DNA from: Alphaproteobacteria bacterium
GTDB taxonomy: Bacteria; Pseudomonadota; Alphaproteobacteria; Rickettsiales; UBA998
Direction of reading: 5' to 3'
NCBI GenBank assembly: GCA_043765375.1
Contig: JAYUJH010000035.1
Coordinates: forward strand, 7,348-71,347
Length of the DNA: 64,000 bases
Positions 59,701-64,000 of the stretch are shown here, in pieces. The position numbers and the translations under genes are program-made. How positions within the stretch are numbered: the first letter of the stretch is position 1; every line of letters starts with the position of its first letter. Under the pieces are notes generated by a model, which saw only the letters and a program-made list of their open reading frames with translations, made no database searches and was not told the origin of the DNA.

Positions 59701-60890
59701 TCACCGCATTTTTGGAGGTGCTAAATAATTGGTATATCAGGCGCAATCGTGGCAGGTTCTGGGGTGAAGCGGTGGATAGCGATAAAATATCCGCATATAA
59801 TACGCTTTATTCTGTGTTGCATGTGATGTGCCGATTGGTTGCACCTTTATTGCCGCAAATCAGCGAGGTGATTTTTGCGGGGCTGATAAATGGCGGTGAT
59901 TTTGAACGCAATCACAGCGTTCATTTAACAGATTTTCCAACTGAGTTAGCACAAATGGCAGATGATGCGAACATAATGCAAGCGATGGATCGGGTGCAAG
60001 ATATATGCAATACCGCACATGCAATACGAAATGAGGTGAATATCCGCACCCGTCAACCACTGAGCAAATTAACAATTTATGGCGTGAAGATTAATGATAA
60101 TGCGGATTATTTTAAGGCGTTGATAGCTGATGAAGTGAATGTGAAAGAGGTTATGTTTTCTGATGATTTGGAGGCGGTTGCAACCCGCAACCTGAAAATC
60201 AGTTTTCCATTAGTTGGTAAGCGACTACCAGCTAAAATGAAAGCGATTGCAGCAGCAGCAAAATCAGGAAATTGGAAAATAATAGATGCAAATCAAAATA
60301 ATATATCTCATAATAGCGATAATGTATCAGTTAAAGAATGTCATAATCTTAACATGCAACGTGATATTAAAGGAAAAAAAATGATACATAACACTTTTTC
60401 TTATATCACAAAGTATTCAATTGAAATTGAAGGTGAAGTTTTGCATTCCAATGAATATGAGTTCACATTGCAATCAACCATTAAAGATGCAAAAGATGTT
60501 GCCGTGCGTTCGCTCCCTGCGCAAGATGGTTTGCTAGTGCTGGATACTAACTTAAGCGAGGCACTGATAAGCGAGGGGGTAGCGCGTGATGTGGTGCGGT
60601 TGATCCAGCAATCACGCAAAGATGCGGGGCTTAATGTGGCAGACCGTATTGCATTAATGATTGATGCACCCGCAAATGTGCTAAAAGCCATCACCGAGCA
60701 TCAGGGTTATGTGTGTGAACAAACATTAACGGAGAGCCTAATTTTTGGGATAAGTTCAAATGTTGGAACAAGCGCAACGCAACATTCCGCAAGCCATAAT
60801 TTGGGTGATGCAATTGTTGCTTTATCATTTAATGTGGCAGCGAATGATGCGAATATTAAGCAAATAAACGTTAAGCAAGTGGCGGGGTGA
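56763..60890 (+). CDS. ileS: Isoleucine-tRNA ligase (type 2) carrying an embedded GNAT acetyltransferase domain
   Basis: 1375 codons from the ATG at 56763. HIGH is PHHGH and KMSKS is KLSKK. [26 protein letters not shown] and [21 protein letters not shown] are present. A GNAT-like ~165 aa lies at roughly 57990-58500. Confidence 0.9.
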   Translation: [1375 protein letters not shown]

Positions 60891-60893
60891 GTT

Positions 60894-61436
60894 ATGAAAA
60901 TACTGCCGATTGTGGTTTCACCAGACCCGTTGCTTAAGCAAAAATCATTACCAGTTGAGCAGATTGATAATAGTGTGAAAACGCTAATAGATGATATGTT
61001 CACTACTATGTATGCCTCCAACGGGATTGGTTTGGCGGCAGTGCAAGTGGGAGTGCTAAAGCGCATTATTGTGGTTGATGTGGATTATGGTTCATCTCGT
61101 TATGAAAGCCATGATAATAATAAAAGCAACCCAATTGCATTAATCAACCCTGAAATTATCCATAAATCACCCGAATTGCGGGATTATGATGAAGGGTGCT
61201 TGTCATTTCCTGCGCAATCTTCCAAGGTAATTCGCCCTGACAACATCACAGTGGAATATATGGATTTGCAATGGCAAAAGCAACGCTTGCACGCTGATGG
61301 GTTGCTTGCAACTTGCATTCAACATGAGATTGACCATATTAACGGCGTGGTATTTGTTGACCATATTTCAGCGTTGAAGCGTAGTGTGATTTTGCGCAAA
61401 ATGCAGAAGGCGGAAAAATTAAGGGAATCTGAGTAA
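60894..61436 (+). CDS. def: Peptide deformylase
   Basis: 180 aa. GIGLAAVQVG, EGCLSFP and QHEIDHINGV match peptide deformylase. Confidence 0.93.
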   Translation: MKILPIVVSPDPLLKQKSLPVEQIDNSVKTLIDDMFTTMYASNGIGLAAVQVGVLKRIIVVDVDYGSSRYESHDNNKSNPIALINPEIIHKSPELRDYDEGCLSFPAQSSKVIRPDNITVEYMDLQWQKQRLHADGLLATCIQHEIDHINGVVFVDHISALKRSVILRKMQKAEKLRESE

Positions 61437-62531
61437 ATGCGCATCATATTTATGGGAACGCCAAACTTTGCATTGCCAGCTTTGCGTGCATTAATGGCGA
61501 GCGAACATGAGTTGGTAGCGGTTTATACTGCACCGCCTCGCCCTGCCAATCGTGGTAAGAAAGTTAGTCGTTCGGCTGTGCATTTGTTGGCTGAGGAAGC
61601 ATGTTTGCCAATATTTACGCCATCATCATTGCGGGGGGCGGAGGCGCAAGCGGAGTTTGCGAGCCTAAATTGTGATATTGCGGTGGTGGTAGCATATGGG
61701 TTGCTGTTGCCACAAGCGATTTTAGATACGCCAAAGTTTGGTTGTTTGAATATCCACCCGTCGGATTTGCCTCGTTGGCGGGGGGCCGCTCCAATTCAGC
61801 GAACCATTATGGCGGGTGATGCAACCACTGCTATTTGTATTATGCAAATGGATTCGGGGTTGGATACTGGGGCAGTTTGGAAACGGCTTGAGTTGGCTAT
61901 TCCTCAAGCAATCACGGCGCAGGAATTGGAGGTGGAGCTGGCGGAGAAATCTGCGGACTTATTGCTGGAAGTTTTGGCGAAAATTGAGGATTTGGAGAAG
62001 GCTGGAGAGTTGGAGAAGTCTGGGGCGGGCGGTGATTCACCAATTCCACAAGCGCAAAATGGCGTGACATATGCGCATAAAATTGAAAAAAGCGAATATT
62101 TATTGCGTTTTGATATGCCCGCTCAATCAGTGTTGAACCATATAAATGCGTTAAGCCCGTATGGTTATGTGATGATAGGAGAAGAGCGGGTGAGAATTGT
62201 GAAAGCGGAGTTAGTTGTTGGCAGTGCTGCTAATGTTACGGCTCGGAGTGCTACGGCTCGGGCTGGTGAGTTTATTAATTCTCAATTCCATATTCAATGT
62301 GAAGGGGGGCAATGTGGAAGTGGGCGTGGAAGTGGGCAATGTGAAGGAGAGCGGTCTGCCACGGCTGGTGGTGCAATAGTTACTAATGAAGATTTAGCTA
62401 TTAAAGCTGTTCATTTTGAAGGGATTGCTCGTCAAGATTCTCACTTAACTGCGATTGCTCCAATCATTGTGCAACGTGAGGGCAAAAAACCAGTTCACAT
62501 TACTGATTTTCTGAATGGTTTGCGGGCGTGA
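61437..62531 (+). CDS. fmt: Methionyl-tRNA formyltransferase with repeat-derived insertions
   Basis: MRIIFMGTPNFALPAL, NIHPSDLPRWRGAAPIQR and C-terminal REGKKPVHITDFLNG match Fmt. It is 364 aa, against about 310-315 typically. Confidence 0.9.
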   Translation: MRIIFMGTPNFALPALRALMASEHELVAVYTAPPRPANRGKKVSRSAVHLLAEEACLPIFTPSSLRGAEAQAEFASLNCDIAVVVAYGLLLPQAILDTPKFGCLNIHPSDLPRWRGAAPIQRTIMAGDATTAICIMQMDSGLDTGAVWKRLELAIPQAITAQELEVELAEKSADLLLEVLAKIEDLEKAGELEKSGAGGDSPIPQAQNGVTYAHKIEKSEYLLRFDMPAQSVLNHINALSPYGYVMIGEERVRIVKAELVVGSAANVTARSATARAGEFINSQFHIQCEGGQCGSGRGSGQCEGERSATAGGAIVTNEDLAIKAVHFEGIARQDSHLTAIAPIIVQREGKKPVHITDFLNGLRA

Positions 62532-62560
62532 TTAACTTGCAAAAATGACTATATTGATTC

Positions 62561-62728
62561 AGAACCTGTATTCACAGCTTTTAGCTCCGCAGCCCTTACG
62601 GGTCAAAATGCCTGCAACATTTGATTTTTTGCGCTTCCGCTGCTCATGTATTTCTATATACACTGCGCTGCGGTTCTCAAAAATACAAACGTTTCGGCGG
62701 TTTTCAAAAACTGTTAATACTAGGTTCT
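62561..62728. repeat. 168-bp element bounded by ~22-bp imperfect inverted repeats
   Basis: The left end agaacctgtattcacagctttt matches the reverse complement of the right end, agaacctagtattaacagttttt. Internal CCGCAGC/GCTGCGG motifs are present. Confidence 0.6.
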
Positions 62729-62844
62729 AAACAATGTAATTCTTGAAGTTAGAGTATTTCTTAAAGTTTGAGGTTTTCTTAAAGCTCAAGGTTTATTCAT
62801 ATTTGCATAAACCAAAAAATAACATAAACTTAAACCCAACAAAA

Positions 62845-63480
62845 TCAACCAACCCCTGCAAGTTGACCAGATTGCGCCATTTCTTGTTCTTTGGCACGCT
62901 GCTCCATAATTTGTTGTTGAATATTATTTCCATTACTTTTACGACTTTTATTGAGTGATGTGAACTTGCCCGTTCCGACCACTGCGCTGTTAGGATCTGA
63001 GTTTTCCATCACACCAGCATTATATGCGTTATTTAGTTGTTCATCAGCGAGAGCGGATTTTTGAGCTTCCAGCTCTTTTTTCTCATTAGATTCCAACATA
63101 CCACCGACAACATTCGATGCAATGGCGATGGCGGGAACTGCCACCCAACCAACTGGAGTTGTTGCTGCGAGCAATGCTCCAACGGTTAGACCAGCCGCTC
63201 CCCAGTTTATTGTATCGTTTTTTGTTTTGTCAACTGAACTCACTCGTTCATTTTGAACTTCGTCATGTTCTCGCTTAACTGCCACTGCTGCATTCACGGC
63301 TGAAGCTGCTGCCATGCCGAGTGGAATATTTCCACCAGCAAATAGAAACCCCGCAACACCACCAGCTGCTAGGATTTTCCAATCTGTTGCTGCGCCCAGT
63401 GCCGCTTGCACATCTTGTGGTTTCTTTGCGAATGGATCTTGTTGAGTTTGTTGTTCTTGTTCTGCCATATCAATCAACAC
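62845..63480 (-). CDS. Hypothetical membrane protein (Gly/Ala-rich TM segments)
   Basis: 211 aa with two Gly/Ala-rich hydrophobic stretches and a Gln-rich tail. I recognise no domain. Confidence 0.5.
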   Translation of the reverse strand: MLIDMAEQEQQTQQDPFAKKPQDVQAALGAATDWKILAAGGVAGFLFAGGNIPLGMAAASAVNAAVAVKREHDEVQNERVSSVDKTKNDTINWGAAGLTVGALLAATTPVGWVAVPAIAIASNVVGGMLESNEKKELEAQKSALADEQLNNAYNAGVMENSDPNSAVVGTGKFTSLNKSRKSNGNNIQQQIMEQRAKEQEMAQSGQLAGVG

Positions 63481-63704
63481 TTAAAAAATATAATAGTTTA
63501 TATATATATTTATAGCAATTTTCTATGAAGGAATTATGAAGGTTCACGCTTTTTTAACCTAAACTCTGCTATTTATATAAAATAAATATTTCTGCACTAG
63601 ATTATGTTCTTATTTCGCTGATGCGCTAGCGAAATCACAACGCAATCTATTATATATATTACAATACACACTATCATATAATATAACTCACAAAAGGTTT
63701 TTTT

Positions 63705-64000
63705 ATGTCACTTGCCGCATTGCTTGGCGCATTACTCGGGGTTGGATTATTTTGTATATCCGTGTTTTTAAGCACCGATGATTATCTCTCATTTTGGGAT
63801 TTCCCCAGCTTATTAATGGTGCTTGGTGGCACAATCGCCACTGCTTACATGAGCTATCAACCAAGTTACGTTAATATTGCATTCAAGGCGATTATTTGGA
63901 TGTTTGCCAAGCCAAAAGCCACTCGTGAAAGTTTGAATACCGAAATTATGCGCCTTGTAAAATGGTCATATTTGGTGCAGAAAAAAGGCTTGCCAGCATT
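63705..64000 (+). CDS. MotA/TolQ/ExbB family stator/channel protein, N-terminal part (continues beyond the window)
   Basis: MSLAALLGALLGVGLFCISVF...SLLMVLGGTIATAYMSY resembles a MotA/PomA N-terminus. The ORF is open at the window end. Confidence 0.6.
   Translation, partial: MSLAALLGALLGVGLFCISVFLSTDDYLSFWDFPSLLMVLGGTIATAYMSYQPSYVNIAFKAIIWMFAKPKATRESLNTEIMRLVKWSYLVQKKGLPA

Noticed and set aside
60283-60470. AT-rich ~35-60-aa segment near the IleRS C-terminus ([36 protein letters not shown]...) as a second functional insertion.
   Set aside because: It is low-complexity and Asn/Lys-rich, it lies in a region that varies naturally among IleRS, and it has no recognisable motif. It is probably AT-drift expansion rather than a domain.
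62545-62730. 61-aa ORF, together with the 71-aa ORF at 62743-62958.
   Set aside because: The ORFs coincide with the inverted-repeat element and tandem repeats. Their sequences are Arg/Phe/Leu-rich nonsense with no start context, so I treat them as non-coding.

Overview
This 64-kb chromosomal window comes from a visibly AT-rich genome that looks alphaproteobacterial. Supporting markers are the ctaG-coxC-SURF1 block, an HdaA-like gene, a type-2 IleRS, a Flp pilin, and the FAD-oxidoreductase/DUF1365/CFA-synthase cluster. Its scrambled synteny and repeat load recall intracellular Rickettsiales/Holosporales-like lineages, though I cannot assign a taxon from sequence alone. Almost all of the window is housekeeping. 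It holds part of thyX, hslV, a truncated ribosomal-protein cluster (rplP to adk), pnp, pabB/pabC, ahcY, two sensor kinases, csrA-lspA, rplU-rpmA, hisF/hisA, tRNA-Leu(UAA), an outer-membrane protein, an O-antigen ligase, rsmB, the cfa cluster, fur, gmk, rodA, purU, mnmA, pyk, manC, exoD, bolA, ctaG-coxC-surf1, ileS-def-fmt, and the start of a motA-like gene. I saw no rRNA, CRISPR array, prophage, integrase or transposase. The main points of interest are listed here. (1) The ileS ORF has 1375 codons and carries an in-frame RimJ/RimL-type GNAT acetyltransferase domain between the editing-domain motifs and the PHCWR block. It sits directly upstream of def-fmt. (2) Two extreme homopolymer tracts flank hisF. 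A G11 run lies exactly in the 16-nt spacer of a near-consensus TTGACT/TAAAAT promoter for a small secreted protein. A C12 run lies inside a tail-anchored orphan gene wedged between hisF and hisA. (3) A ~134-bp double-hairpin MITE with TA target duplication has inserted into the 3' end of the third of three tandem DUF1640 paralogs, and a second copy lies upstream of csrA. (4) A solitary DNA methyltransferase is fused to an Mrr-like nuclease domain. (5) An orphan ExbB-like channel gene is translationally coupled to pabC, an unknown gene, and pabB. (6) In-frame short tandem duplications occur in many housekeeping genes. All functional calls rest on motif recognition by eye, since no searches could be run.
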